A stretch of 64,000 nt of DNA, taken from NCBI RefSeq assembly GCF_009914755.1, contig NC_060926.1; one strand, given 5' to 3'. The translations under genes and the position numbers were made by a program. Positions 46,226-64,000 of the stretch are shown in pieces (positions within the stretch are counted from its first letter, which is position 1; every line of letters starts with the position of its first letter). The notes under the pieces are model-generated. The model made no database searches. It was given only the letters and a program-made list of their open reading frames with translations, and had not been told where the DNA came from. This DNA comes from the human T2T-CHM13v2.0 reference genome, Homo sapiens.

Positions 46226-46589
46226 TGCCATAGTTTAGCCCTGTGTCCCCACCAGAACCTCATTTCGAACTGTAATCCCCACGTGTCAGAGGAGGGGCCT
46301 GGTGGGAGATGACTGGATCATGGGAGTTGATTTCTCCCTTGTTGTTTTTGTGATAATGAGTGAGTTCCTCACAATAGCTGATGGTTTTAAAGTGTGGCAC
46401 TTCCCCCCTTGCTGCTTCTCTCTCTCCTGCTGCCACGTTAAGATGTGCTTTGCATCCCCTTCGCCTTACACCTTAAGTTTCCTGAGGCCTCTCCAGCCAT
46501 GTGGAACTGTGAGTCAATTAAACCCTTTTTTTCATAAATTACTCAGTCTCAGCTAGTTCTTTATAGCAGTGTGAAAACAGACTAATACA
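46226..46589 (+). mobile_element. MaLR solo LTR (MSTA/THE1D-like)
   Basis: tg...ctaataca termini; 5-bp TSD tatac/gatac. Confidence 0.8.
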
Positions 46590-46821
46590 GATACCAAAAC
46601 AGCTGTGCCAATTCTGAGTTAGAAGCACCAAGGATGAGATAACAGGAAAGGTAACACTGAGGCAGAGCCTTGAAGCTTGGTTTGAATTTTGCCACGTGAA
46701 GAGGAGGGATAAGAACATTTCACACCATAAGGGCACAGCATGAGAAGTCAAGGCATGTGCAAGGTGCTGTTAAGTGCACTGAGCAGACTAATAACTAGAG
46801 TTAGTAATAATAAACAGGTAG

Positions 46822-47223
<402 letters not shown>

Positions 47224-47685
47224 ACAGTTTTTAAATAAGCTTTTAATTTGGAATAATTTTAGATTTACAGAAAATTCACAAAGATAGTACATGGCTCCTA
47301 TATACCTTTCACCCAATTTCTACTATGTTAACAACTGACACAACCATAGTACATTTGTCAAAACAAAGACATTAACAGTCTGGTATATAACTACTGGCTA
47401 AATTAATACCTCCACCTGCAGTGGTGGCTGGTAAACTCCAACAGAATTAAACTCTGGGTAGTGAAGACAGCACAAGGCACTGTGACTGATGATTCTGCCC
47501 ATCGGAGCCTCTAGCAAAAGGAAGTAGCCTTCACCTAGAGATAATCCTTGGGATCAGAAAGCTTGACCCACGAAGGCCTAGTGATTCTCTAGCCTGATAG
47601 TCCCATTTTGGGGAGGGTCAACTTGAATTCCACAAGGTGGGAATAACCTGAAAAGCCTTGTTTGTCAAATAGAAATGGTATATCA

Positions 47686-48102
<417 letters not shown>

Positions 48103-48792
48103 CTACTGGATCAATGAAGGCTCAGATCAGAGAAGCTGCAAGTTGCTGGTGTTCACTGGGCTGCAGTGGCTATTCAGCCTCAGAGGCAGCTATGCTGAAC
48201 TGAAAGGAGACATGGGCAGAACCTGGATTCTTGGGCTGCTGCCAATGACCCAGCTGTTTGGTTTGCCACTTGGAAAATTACAGATTGACAGATTAAAGAC
48301 ACCCTCCTGGGGCTACAAATTGAAAACAAATCTCAACTGCTAATTGAATTGTCTGTGTCACCTATGTAGACACCTACAGTATGGGCCCAGCCTCTGATTT
48401 AGACTGAAATCAAGTATGACTAATGTGCAGAGGATACCACTGCATGCCAAACTGTGACTTGGGGATGGTGGGGGAGGTCTCATTGCAGGTGGCATTGTTC
48501 CCTTTGACTCCTGGCAGACTGACTATATTGGACCTTTGTTCCCTCTCTCAGGCTATCAGTGGTGCCTCAAACTATTGACAGTATTTTTTTGTTTTTCACA
48601 TAGACTTTTTAGAGCAGTTTTAGGTTCACGGCAAGATTGAGCAGAAGGTACAAACATTTCTCCTATACCTTCCACCCCACTGACACATAGTCCCTCCCAT
48701 TAAAACATTCCCCTGTTGACACTTTTTTAGGTTACCAATCAGCCCACGATGCCCACACTGTCATGGCCCTTGAAACTAATCTGTGTCATGTT

Positions 48793-49051
48793 TCTTTTTT
48801 AAAAAATTTAGAGACAGGGTCTCACTCTGTTGCCCAGGCTGGAGTACAGAGTGACCCTTGGCTCACTGCAGCCTTGACATCCCAGGCTCAAGTGATTCTC
48901 CCACCTCAGCCGCCTGAGTAGCTGGGACTACAGGTACGTGTGACTACAGCTGGCTAATTTTTGTATTTTTTGTAGAGACGGGGTCTCACTATGCTGCCAA
49001 GGCTGGTCTCGAACTCCTGGGCTCAAGTGATCCTCCTGCCTTGACCTCCCA
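48793..49051 (-). mobile_element. AluJ inside the ERV integrase region
   Basis: TSD taatctgtgtcatgttt. Confidence 0.88.
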
Positions 49052-49439
49052 TAATCTGTGTCATGTTTTTGGTTTTCTGGACCATATGCATTCTGACATG
49101 GATGCACTTTTATCATAAAAGCCATTCAACAATGCACTGACAGCCTGACTCTATTTCCATCACCTCCTCCTGGTCCACATACTTTAAAGTAAGATAGTGT
49201 GGTCACTGACTGTAGCTGTCTCCAGAAAGGATTCATTGCTTATTAGCTGCTTCCTCCCTAATGATCAGGGCTAAAGGGTGGGGTATCACAGGAGATATAC
49301 AGACCTATTGTGAAAATTCAGGATTCTACTCTGACCGCTCCTGGACATGATGCATCTTTCTAGCCCCTAACAGCAACTGTAGGCAGGCTTGGTTCATAAA
49401 CCCTCCAGCTGGGCCACTGAGGTAAAAGGGGATCTAGAG

Positions 49440-49785
49440 CAGGAATTCCCAACCCCCAGGCCACGGACTGGCACTGGTCTGTGGCCTGTTAGGAACCTGG
49501 CCGCACAGAAGGTGAGCGGTGGGCAAGTGAGCACTACCACCTGAGCGGCACCTCCTGTCAGATCAGTGGCAGCATTAGATTCTCATAGGAGCACAAACCC
49601 TATTGTGAACTGTGTGTGTGAGGGATCTGGGTTGCATGCTCCTTATGAGAATCTAATGCCTGATGATCTGCAGTGGAGCAGTTTCATCCTAAAACCAACC
49701 CCCTCCCACCACCCTACCACAAATCTGTGGAAAAATTGTCTTCCATGAAACTGGTCCCTGGTGCCAAAAAGGTTGGGGACCAGTG
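49440..49785 (+). mobile_element. MER1B-like hAT MITE inserted in the ERV
   Basis: Homologous to the 39494 element; perfect 8-bp TSD atctagag. Confidence 0.85.
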
Positions 49786-50741
49786 ATCTAGAGGATTCAA
49801 AGTTAATTCTGGTTAGGGTTTATGAAAATGTCCCTCTTACATCTAACTCTTCTGGATCACTAGGAAATGGTAAAGTTATGGCTCTGAAATGAGAAACCCA
49901 GGTTTAATGGCAGTAGAGCAACAAGAAGGCACCTGAGGAAGAAACGCCTTAGACCCCAGGAGGTATGGTATTAAGAGAGGAATTAATGATATTTTCTCTT
50001 GTAGAACTGCCCCTGTAGCCTTCTTCTGCAAGAAAAATGCCTTGGTATGGCTCTCCTAAATTGTTGGAAGCACCTTATGAGTCTGCCATCCCCCATCAGG
50101 AGCCTTATCAAGAGTCTATCAGGAACATCAGGAATGACCCCAGAAAATGTATCTCCTGTCCATATCACTTCCAGAGGTCTTCCCCCACCCCCAATCTCAG
50201 TAATGGATGAATTCCACCCAGCTGGTGGCGAGGACAAACAAAACAAGTGGGACTAATTTGGGCAATCCCTCCAAAAACAAGGACTAGACTCAATTACTCA
50301 AACTCCACTGGAAACCCTCAGACTTGCCAGTCATCCAGGAGGCTATGTTAGAGGCACTATCAACCTGTGCCCCTCTTCTGATGTAGGTCCCACGGCAGTG
50401 GGGGTTGCAGGGGGAATAACTGTAAACATTTTCTTTCCAAGCATAACCCATGCACACCCTTGATCTTCTACTTCTTCTGTGGAAACCATGCATTAACTTG
50501 CCTCCCTCCAAAAACACAGTAATGTACATGAAGAGATCTTCAAGTGTTTAAAAAAACACTTCCTCAGTCCTGGAAGGCATTCAGGTCAGCCTCAACTCAC
50601 TGGCTAGGGTTGTCAGAGATTTATCCTAGATTTTCTTTTTTTGCAGGCTAAGATAAAGTGTGTGCAATTATGAATACACTCTGCTGTACCCAGATTACTG
50701 ATTCAGGCCAGGTAGAAAAGTTAAAATAAAACTTAAGGAGA

Positions 50742-51388
<647 letters not shown>

Positions 51389-51675
51389 ATTGTTTTTTAA
51401 GGAGAAAGCCACCTGGCTTTCTAAGGGAGACACTGATGATTTATAGGATTTGTTTAGCTGGGACCCTGCAGAGCACAGCTGAGAACACTGCAAGCTGAGA
51501 CCAACCTGCTGCTTGGAGTCCTGTTGATTAGTCTTAATCAAATGCTGCATAAAATAAATCAGACTTAGTCCCAGCCCGTTTTGTCAGATTAATCGGAGTG
51601 GCCAACTTAGTGGTATGTACACTCATGAGAAAATTTGCTAGAAGTCAAGACAATGGAGAAATAAGGGAGAGGAAC

Positions 51676-51786
51676 CCTTGGGAGACAATTCTCCATGAGT
51701 TTCTCATGTTTCTGTACATCTTCTAAAGCAAAGGATTGATAGCTTTTGTTCCAGACTATCTCTGAGGATGTCTGCATTGCAAATAC
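51676..51786 (+). mobile_element. Partial 3' LTR (LTR40-like)
   Basis: ttgggagacaattctccatgagtttc directly after the PPT; similar to the start of the LTR at 44516. Confidence 0.7.
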
Positions 51787-53084
51787 AGGGGTTTCTTCCC
51801 GAGCTTGGGATTAGCTTTTTGTTGTCCGCCAGCTCTCTGAGGTTTTTGTAAAGCTCTGCACATTCAACATGACTAATCACCATCTATACTTCTGACTACC
51901 TTTACAATTTATTCCATTTCTGCCAATAAGGAATCAAATACGTTTAGGTATATAAACTCATACATAATTCCTGCTTGTATTGTATAAAAATCTGCCTTAC
52001 AAAGACAATTTTCCAGGAACGTATATCATTGAAAAGTAGGTGCTCACTGTAATTTTTAACACTAATATGGATTTAACAAATTATTCTTAGTCCTAAATGA
52101 CTGGATTAAAAAATCTATAAATATCCTCTCTTAAAGAGAAGTTTTAAGATTATAGTTAAAAATAAAGAAACAGATGTACTGAAGAACTAAGGACCTAAAA
52201 TAGCTAAACCTACACACTTTCTAAATAAAGAAATACCACATATGTAGTAAAAATCCTACTTGGGTTATCAGTTTATCAGAAAATAAATAAATAAACCTGT
52301 CAGGATTCCTGTCACTAGGAAGGCAAGTAGTATAGCCACAGAACTGATTTTCTATTATATGACTTCAGAAAAATTATGATGCTGATTTTAAAAACAACAA
52401 AAATGACAACAACAAAGGATGACAAAGATGGAAGCAGCTCACCTTTATTGAACCCTGACTATTGTCAGGGACTTTATATGCAGCAACTCACTGAGCCCCC
52501 AGCATTAACCTATAAATTAAAGTACTATTATTATTCTCATTTTATAGGTAAGGAAACTGAAAACCCATGGTAATAAAGTAACTTGCTCAAGGTCATACAG
52601 TAAGTGACAGAGCTGAGATTAGAACCTGGGTAGCCTGACTCCAAAGCCTCCATATTGAACTCAGCACTAACTATGTACCAACATATATGGGTAAGATGCT
52701 CATGTTCCTTCTAATTCAGATGCCACCTCTATAAACTAGGAATATTATATAACTCCACAGGCCTGTTGTAAAGATTACATGTAATATACCTCCATTATAG
52801 CTAACACTTAATGAAACTCACCCTGTGTCAGGTACTTTTCTAAGAGCTTTACATGTATTGCTTCAAGTAAGTCTCATAAGAATCCCATGAGGTAACTATT
52901 GCTATCACTGTTTATCAGAGAAGGAAACAGTGGTACAGAGATATTAAATAATTTGCCCAAGGTAATAAAATTGGTAAGTGTTGAAGGCAAGACTAGCGTC
53001 TACTCAGGCTTAATTAAGAGTCTTAAACTATCTGTCTTGTTGGTAATTAAACATAAATACACTCACAAATATATTGTCCATTGA

Positions 53085-54365
53085 TTTCCAACAACATGTG
53101 GAGATAATTCAAGGTGGAAAACAGTCCTTTCATCAAATGGTGCTGAAAGAACTGGATATCCATATGAAAAAACAACAAAAGAACCTCAACCTTCCAGCAT
53201 ATACATGAATTAACTCTCAATGAATCACAGAACTAGATATAAGATAAAACTTCCTGAAGAAAATATGGAAGAAAATGTTTGTGATTTTGGATTATGCAAT
53301 GACTTTTTGGAACACAAAAGGCAAAAATCATTAAAATATTTTGACAAACTGGACTTTATAAAAATCTAAAATTTCCACTCTCTTAAAGGACACTCTTAAG
53401 AAAAGGAAAAGACAAACTACAGGCTGAGAGAAAACATTTGCAAAACATATTCAATAAATATAGGTCAGCATATATACAGAACTATTCAACTCAAAAATTA
53501 GAAAATAATCCCCCCCCTCAAAAAAAAGGAACAAAAGATTTGAACAGACACATCAAAGATATACAGATGGCAAATAAGCACGTGACAAGATGCTCAATAT
53601 CACTATCATCAGGGAAATGTAAATTAAAATCACAAAAAGGTATCACTGCATGTCTATTAGCATGTCTGAAAATTAAAAAAAAAAACAACACGGAGTGCTG
53701 ATAAAGATGCCAAACAACCGCAACTCATATATGCTGGTGGGAAAGCAAATGTGACAGTCACTTTGGAAAACAGTTTGGGAATTTCTTATGAAGTTAAATA
53801 TATATTTCCACATGACCCAACAATAGACTCTTGAGTATTAACAAAAGACTCTTGGGTAAATACCCAAGAGAAACGAAGACCTATTTCCACATAAAAACCT
53901 GTTCTCTGATGGTTATAGCAGATTTAGTCATAATCACTAAAACCTGGAAATAACCCAAATGTTCTGCACCTGAACGGCTGAATGGATAAATAAATTGTGG
54001 TACACATTTATACAATGGACTACTATTCAGCAGTAAACAGGAGAAATGCATGCAACATTATGACTGAATCACAAAGATATTTTGCTAAGTCACAGAAGCC
54101 AGACACCAAAGGCTACATATTGTGTATTCCATTTATATGACATTCTGGAAAAGGCAGAACTGTAAGGACAGAAATCTGATTAGTGGTTGCCAATAATACA
54201 TGGCTAAAGGTGGAGGTATAAGGGTACAGAGAACTTTTTAGGTGATGCAAATGTTTTATATCCTAATTTATATGACTATATATAGTTTTAGAAACTCATC
54301 GAACCGTATACTTTAAAAGGGTGAATTATACCCCCAATAAACCCAACTTTAAAATAAACTAAAAC
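53085..54365 (+). mobile_element. L1M 3' portion (ORF2 C-terminus and 3'UTR)
   Basis: KDLNRH/IQMANKH-like ORF2 remnant followed by L1 3'UTR and an A-rich end. Confidence 0.8.
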
Positions 54366-54582
54366 AAAAATATAAAGCATCTAATACATGCCTGCCATAT
54401 TAGGAGTCCTCAATAAATTAGTTTCCTTATTCAACCCAATCCCAGGGAACAATATAATTAAAAAGAAGTCAGAGCATTCAAATCTTTCTCAGGGAATAGC
54501 CTGAAACTAAGGCTCTTTAGTTAGAAACCTTAAGACTATTTTAAGTCTGAAGAGTTTGGTTAAGAAGGCTTAAAAGCTGCTC

Positions 54583-54896
<314 letters not shown>

Positions 54897-55215
54897 TTTT
54901 TTTAAAAAGCTGCTCTAACATACATGGGTATATATAACCCCGGGCAGTGATGGACTCTACTGCTATCCTAAGACAAAAGAGAGTTCTGCTGCATCAAGAT
55001 TGATGCACCAATGCTCATCACAGTATGATGCTTTCTTATATATATTACTATCTCCTGACATTTCCTTGGCTATGTGTTTTCACAGGGGCTAAACTCAACC
55101 CATCTGTTTGTTTACTGCTTAGTTCCTCATGTCTCCAATCAGTAATCTTGACACCTTCATATTCATTCATTCAGTAAATGTTTATGGGGTACAAAGATGA
55201 ATAAAATGAACCACT

Positions 55216-56050
<835 letters not shown>

Positions 56051-56537
56051 CACTGCAATAAGAAAACTGGGCAATACGTGTAATTCAAAGCCAATTTTAA
56101 AATAGTTAATTCAGTCCTGGCTTTCTTATTTAAATATATCAACTAACAGAACCCTTTGAAAAGGCAAAAGTTTGTTACTTTGAACTTCAAGTAAAAATCT
56201 CCCAATCTTAGTCTATATTTATCTGTAAGCCTTATCGAAGAGGCAGAAAAATCTAAGTTTAGGGGTTGATGTCTAATATTTCCCTAAAAAGCTAACAAAC
56301 TTTTACAATATGTAATAATCGTGTTAGAAATACATTAAAATTCTATCCGCTTCCCCTAACTCATCACTGATATTGAAAATATGGGATTTTCATAAACATT
56401 TCTGTTGCTTATTCTCATCTCACTTGCTGGCTCTTTCAAACAAGTTCTTATAGTCAGTGAAGAAAAAAATTTTCACATTTACAGAACATCTACTATAGGC
56501 TAGATCTCATTCAGTAAGTAGTCTCATCTCAGTTTTT

Positions 56538-56598
56538 ACACACACACGTATATACATACACACACACACATACACACACACATACACATTCACACACA
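56538..56598. repeat. Imperfect (CA)n tract
   Basis: Direct reading. Confidence 0.85.
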
Positions 56599-57838
56599 GG
56601 CATACTTACAGACAAGTCCCAATAGCAATGGGCATCAAAACAATTTAACAATCTATGTCAGGATTACTAGAGGAGCAAAGTTTTGTACTATACATGAATG
56701 CTGCTCTCAGTAACATCTTAAACCCTGAATTGAACTTAAATTAGATATGTCTAAGTTATCGTCAATCTTCTAAGTAGGAAGGTACCACAGTCTACATATG
56801 CAATTAATTCTTCAGAAGTTTAAAAAAAATTACTATCTGTATGCCTATATAGCACTTCTAAATGCATTTTCCAACATTTTAGATGATTATTCACATAATC
56901 ATTCTTTTGTTATTGAATAGTCCATTTGTTCTCAATGTTATATTTTATATATAATGCAATGAACTGCAAAGTAGATATATAAATGTTTATGGAATGGAAG
57001 AAGCAGAATAAAGAAGGACCGGGACTGTACTGCTTTATGTTCATTTTGCTTATAAAACTGATTAACATGTTGGCTGAAGTTTACAATTCAACTGTTTAAT
57101 GCAAATTCCTTTGTATGGGGCATAAAAATCCTCAAACTTGAGTAGAGCATGTTACTACTACAATCACTGCCCTAATTTTAAACTTACATGTATCACTCAT
57201 TATGGAAAAATTATTTAATTATTAAAAATTGTCTGTGGCATCAATGTTTATAATCCCACACCATTTTCCCAATAGGAGCAATACTCACATTAATCCTTAA
57301 ATAATAGGTTCTGAAAAGGTAAAACACGAAACAACAAAATCTTTACTTCAAGTCTATCCTTAAATGACACATGACCTCACCACACAGAATTTGATTTTAC
57401 TTTTTATACAAATAATTCACTTCTCCAAGATTTTCCTAAATCCTGAGACATAAAACTTTAGATATACAACATGTATTTTCGTTATTAACAATGTAATGAT
57501 TTGGTCCTATGTCTGAAAACAAGTTTAAAAAACAACTGATTAACACTAGACGGTAATATCAAAACAGAATTGCTTTGTGAAGATGGTAGAATGGTGATTC
57601 TTCCCTCCTTTTTTTAAATGCTCTTTAATATTACTGTTTTCAATTTAAATAATAAAGAATTATTGAGTTTATTCTCTATTTCCTGATATTTATCTACAAT
57701 TAGCTAATACAATTTAACATAAAATTAAGAATTCAGAATCTAGATTTCTTTAGCGATTTAAAAATATAATGCATGTTTTTCAATTAATTATAAATGACAA
57801 ACACAGTAACTTAATACCTACTAAGGGTAGTTAATTAG

Positions 57839-58226
<388 letters not shown>

Positions 58227-58679
58227 AGCACTTTCTTTTAAAATGTTTGATATTAAACAATTATGTATGCAGGCATACATAATCTTATCTAAAGGGAAAA
58301 CATAATCTTACATAAATATTACTAAATTAATCTTTATTGGCTTCATCGGTTTACAATCATGTTATGTTATCAAAATACCTTTAATAGTCACCTTATAGCA
58401 CTCTGCTATTTGTCATCCAGTTTTATGCATCAAACACAATATACCTTTTGGTTATTCCTAACTGCTCAATGGCAAACACACGTTCCAGAATATAGTCATG
58501 GGATTTACAACATAATATTCTTACAGAAGACATATGCAGTGTTCCAAAATATTTTCCAAGAATACTTCAAGTTTTGTATTTATACACTTAAGGAAAATTA
58601 TCTACATGAATATTTTAAACCTCTACCAAAAAAAAAAAAATCCATAACCTCATCTTGCCACAAGCACAAAGCTGCTTAC

Positions 58680-58710
58680 CATTCATAGCTGTGGGAAACT
58701 GAGCCATCAT
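58680..58710 (-). CDS. ITSN2: ITSN2 coding exon 1 (MMAQFPTAMN-G); whole exon 58680-58743 includes 33 nt of 5'UTR
   Basis: ggaccATGATGGCTCAGTTTCCC...AATG|gtaagc; acceptor ttgcag at 58744; matches the ITSN2 N-terminus. Confidence 0.96.
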
Positions 58711-58728
58711 GGTCCTGAGTTTTCCTTG

Positions 58729-58743
58729 CTAGCTCTCAGCCAT
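58729..58743 (-). promoter_or_regulatory. 4-codon uORF (MAES*) in the ITSN2 5'UTR
   Basis: ATG GCT GAG AGC TAG at the exon start, in frame with and ending 18 nt before the main ATG. Confidence 0.6.
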
Positions 58744-59095
58744 CTGCAACATAAAAATATTGTGCCGTTGATAATACAACAAGGGCAAATCACAGTTTAG
58801 TGCACCCGCTAAGCAGTAGGAATGTCTGTCCCCTTCAGCTCACACTTCCAACAGAAAACAATGCAGAGCTTCTGCTGCTGCTGAACAGGCAGAATTTACA
58901 TTTGAGGAAGGGTAAGAGATTTTGTTGGGTAATCGTGCTGCCTTAATACAGAAAAACAGTCACATATTTAATAGTAGATACTGAATAAAGAAACCCTTGG
59001 CATGAACCAACATTCTTGTAGAAATTAATTTGGAAGAGAAAAAAATAAATCAACTGTATAAATTAAGTATATAAGAATAACATGGAAATCCATAC

Positions 59096-59390
<295 letters not shown>

Positions 59391-59877
59391 CATAGTATCA
59401 TTTTTTAAAAACTCCCAAACAAGAAAAATATTCAAAATAAATGTAGCGCAGCTGTTTAAATGAGCTCAAGGGGTTTATAAAATAGTCTAAAAGTAATTAT
59501 TAAAACACACAAAATTATTAAAATACATATATAACATAACTAAATGTGCTGGGCAAGCACTCTAAGAGAAGGGACTTTGGAAATTCACAGCTCTGGGTTC
59601 AAACCCAGCTCTGCTATTCTCCCAGCTGTGACCATGGAAAAGTTATTTAACCTTTTTTGAGACTCAGATTACTCATCTATAAAAAATACTTTGCAGAAGT
59701 ATTTTTTAAAGTGTTAAACATAATCCAGTAAACTGCCTGCCACATAGGGTGTTCAACAAATGGCTGCTATTTTGCAAACAACCAGAAAAGGAGAGTGCAG
59801 TATCATTTTGAACCCTGAATTCATTATTCAGCTGTCAATAAATTCAAAAATTGTTCCATGAATCTTTTTGTGGGTCT

Positions 59878-60194
59878 GTTTTTTTTTGTTTTGTTTTGTT
59901 TTCTTGAGACGGAGTCTCGCTCTGTCGCCCAGGCTGGAGTGCAGTGGCGCAGTCTTGGCTCACTGCAACCTCACCTCCCGGGTTCAAGCGATTCTCCAGC
60001 CTCAGCCTCCTGAGTAGCTGGGTCTACAGGCGCACATCACCATGCCCGGCTAATTTTTGTTTGTTTGTTTGTTTGTTTTAGTAGAGACGAGGTTTTACCA
60101 TGTTGGCCAGGCTAGTCTTGAACTCCTGAGCTCAAGTGATTTGCTTCCCTCAGCCACCCAAAGTGCTGGGATTACAGGCCACTGTGTCCGGCCT
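59878..60194 (-). mobile_element. AluS
   Basis: Flanking tgttccatgaat repeat. Confidence 0.88.
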
Positions 60195-60932
60195 GTTCCA
60201 TGAATTTTGAGAGTAGGACCAGTTAGGAAGTGAAGGCCTAGCAAATTTATAGCAATGCACTTAGTAATTAAAACCATGGATCATAATATTGCAGGAAAAC
60301 ACTACTATATTAAAAGATCATGCCGTATCTCATCTATTTACCCAAATCATTTAAATATTAATATTTTTAGAAGCCTAAGAAAAATATTTGCACAGCCATT
60401 TTAAACAAAGAAGGCATTAAGTAGTACATACATCGTGGTCAACGTTTCTCACCATTTTATAGCTAGCTTAAAAAATGAACACAGAAGGAAGTCCCATCAA
60501 TCAAGTTATGACTGCAACTTCCTCAAATACAGAAATACTGCAAACAAATATAACATTTTTACTTCTTCAATTTTAAATCATAAGTAATGTTAACCCAAAA
60601 TAAGCTACATGGCTGAAAACAAACTATCTACTTAACAGATATGCAGTAGCAAGGGCCCTTATTCATTAGTTTTCTGTGGCTGAGACCATTTTAAAACATG
60701 GGAGAAAACCCACTATTGCAAATAATGCATTTTCTAACTCTGCATAATAGCATGTGAATTATAAAGATGGCTCTAACAACAGAAAAACCAACGAGGAATG
60801 GGATCCCATGGACACAAGGCCTTAATCAGCTGGGATCTAGGTCTAAAACTTACAAATCATCTGTCTAGAACCATTTGTTCGTCATCACGTATTCTGTGAA
60901 TACAAAAGAATGCCAAATAGAGAGCAACGTGA

Positions 60933-61298
<366 letters not shown>

Positions 61299-61399
61299 TG
61301 AAGTGTGTGTATTTTTTATAACTGTGTACTTCTGGTGACAGTAGTTTGAAATACTATTTTTTATCAAGTTTTATAAAAAATGCAGAATTTCATTTTACT

Positions 61400-62027
<628 letters not shown>

Positions 62028-62588
62028 TAGCACACAGAACACTTCATTGTTGTTTTTGGGGGAAGGGCCATATGTCACTAATAGAATGTCTCCGAAGCTG
62101 GACTAATGTGGAGGAAACACCTTTCCCTTCTAGTTTTGAGAGAGTTCCTCTTGGCTCCCAGGAGGAGGGATTCCCTGACTTTAACACACATGGCCACCTT
62201 GGCACAAAAGCCTTGTGGTATGGAAAACAAATTTGTTTTTATGTCCTCTTCTCCCTTTCCGTCCTTCAGCAGAGACTTAACTCCCTTAAACCCAGACATC
62301 TGTTGAGACCTGACCCCCCAATCATTAGTTACCAGTGTGTCAGGCAATCTGGACTTTCCAGTGATGCCACTGAGACGGCACCTGTCAAAAGAGCAGTGGT
62401 TCTTCAGATAAATTCTGCCATTTTCATTTCACTTCCTGAAAGTCAGGGTCGGCTGGGAAAAGTTGTTAAACAATATGCTAAATGTGAAATGTCAACCCTC
62501 ACTCTAAACTTTCCCTGTTCACAGCATCAGATGAAGACTTCATTGGGTTTTAGAGTGGCTTTCAAGAAGGGAGTTTGAAAGTTGTTGT

Positions 62589-62878
<290 letters not shown>

Positions 62879-64000
62879 GGAAAATTGTTGTATACTCAAT
62901 GATTGTCTGCCCATGTCCTGCCTGAAATACCATGATTGTTTACGGAAAGTATCTTTAATAAAGCTGGATACAGTTTGGCTTGGGAAAAAAAAAAAGAATG
63001 CCAAATAGTAGATGCTCAGTAATCACAGGCATAATTCTGAAATAAAACCTGAGAATGAACTAAATATTAATAATATTACTGGCAATAAGGGCAAATCCCT
63101 TGGGTAAAGCTGAAGGTACTAGTATTACAGAATCTTTATCATCTGGTATGTGGAATTTAGCCACCCATGCACATAGGTACCATATTATATGTAACATTTA
63201 TATTGTATGTAACATCTGATTAACTGTGGTAACATCTAAATATGGGAGTATATTTTGTTGGAACCAATAAGCTTTTAAAACATATCATTTCATATCTATT
63301 ACATTTCTATTCTCTCTGCCCCACTGTGGAATAATTACCTAATGCTTAACAATTCTACTAGTCTATTTGCAGAGTAGTACTTAACAATTATAATTGAAAT
63401 TTTGAAAATGCAACAGATACCAAAAACTTTGTTTTACATTTTTCAAAAAGCAATTAATAAATTAACATTTACTGTTTACCATTAATTCAATACACTTCTG
63501 TTGATCACAGTAGATGTACTGTGTCATGCTGAGTATTCATTGAGAATCCAATGTTTCAGGTTCTGCAGAAGGAGCTTCAGACACTGACAAGCTTGTAGAC
63601 TTATCTACCAGGTGCCAGATACTGCTAGGCACCTTTGATAATATGGATACTCCTCTCACAATATCCCCACAAGGCAGATGATACTGTACTCATTTCACAG
63701 AAGAAACTGAAGAGGTTAAATTACTTGCCCAAATTCAGTATGTCATGAAGCCAGAATGCAATCCCAAGCCTGTCTAATTCTTAAGCCCATGAACTTCCCA
63801 TGGGCTTTATCTGCCTCTTCCTCTCTTAAATGGAGATAATGCGTCACAGGTTCCTACAAACAGCAGGAGAACTTACTGTTAGGACATTTGTCCAGGAGAA
63901 GAAAAACAAGCCAGAGATGACTCCCAACACACTGGACAGCATCAATCACATACATAAATTAGGGAGTGCTAATTGTTTCTTATCTCTTGGTATAACTCTC

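Overview
Human genomic DNA (an AluYb8-type element, a human-specific subfamily, is present) lying entirely inside the ITSN2 (intersectin 2) gene on the minus strand. I could assemble 19 coding exons with canonical GT-AG sites and consistent phases, from the ATG exon (CDS 58680-58710) to the first half of SH3A (1321-1418). They total 2355 nt = 785 codons and cover EH1, EH2, the KELRQ coiled coil (including an 81-nt in-frame cassette exon) and the start of SH3A. The non-coding first exon and the 3' exons lie outside the window. Introns contain about 39 Alu copies, L1/L2/MIR remnants, DNA transposons (MER30, MER1, Tigger3), solo LTRs (LTR1, LTR40, MaLR), a decayed class-III provirus that carries a gamma-type env remnant, and a full-length HMGN2 retrocopy with an open 90-codon ORF. 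I see no clear evidence of a wholly new biological system. The best leads are a 39-nt tandem duplication that copies a splice donor, a possible decayed exon extension next to it, an in-frame uORF that begins at the first base of the ATG exon, the ERVL-pol plus gamma-env provirus, and the HMGN2 retrocopy with a mutated nucleosome-binding core. Repeat subfamily names are from memory of consensus sequences, and repeat boundaries without a stated TSD are approximate.
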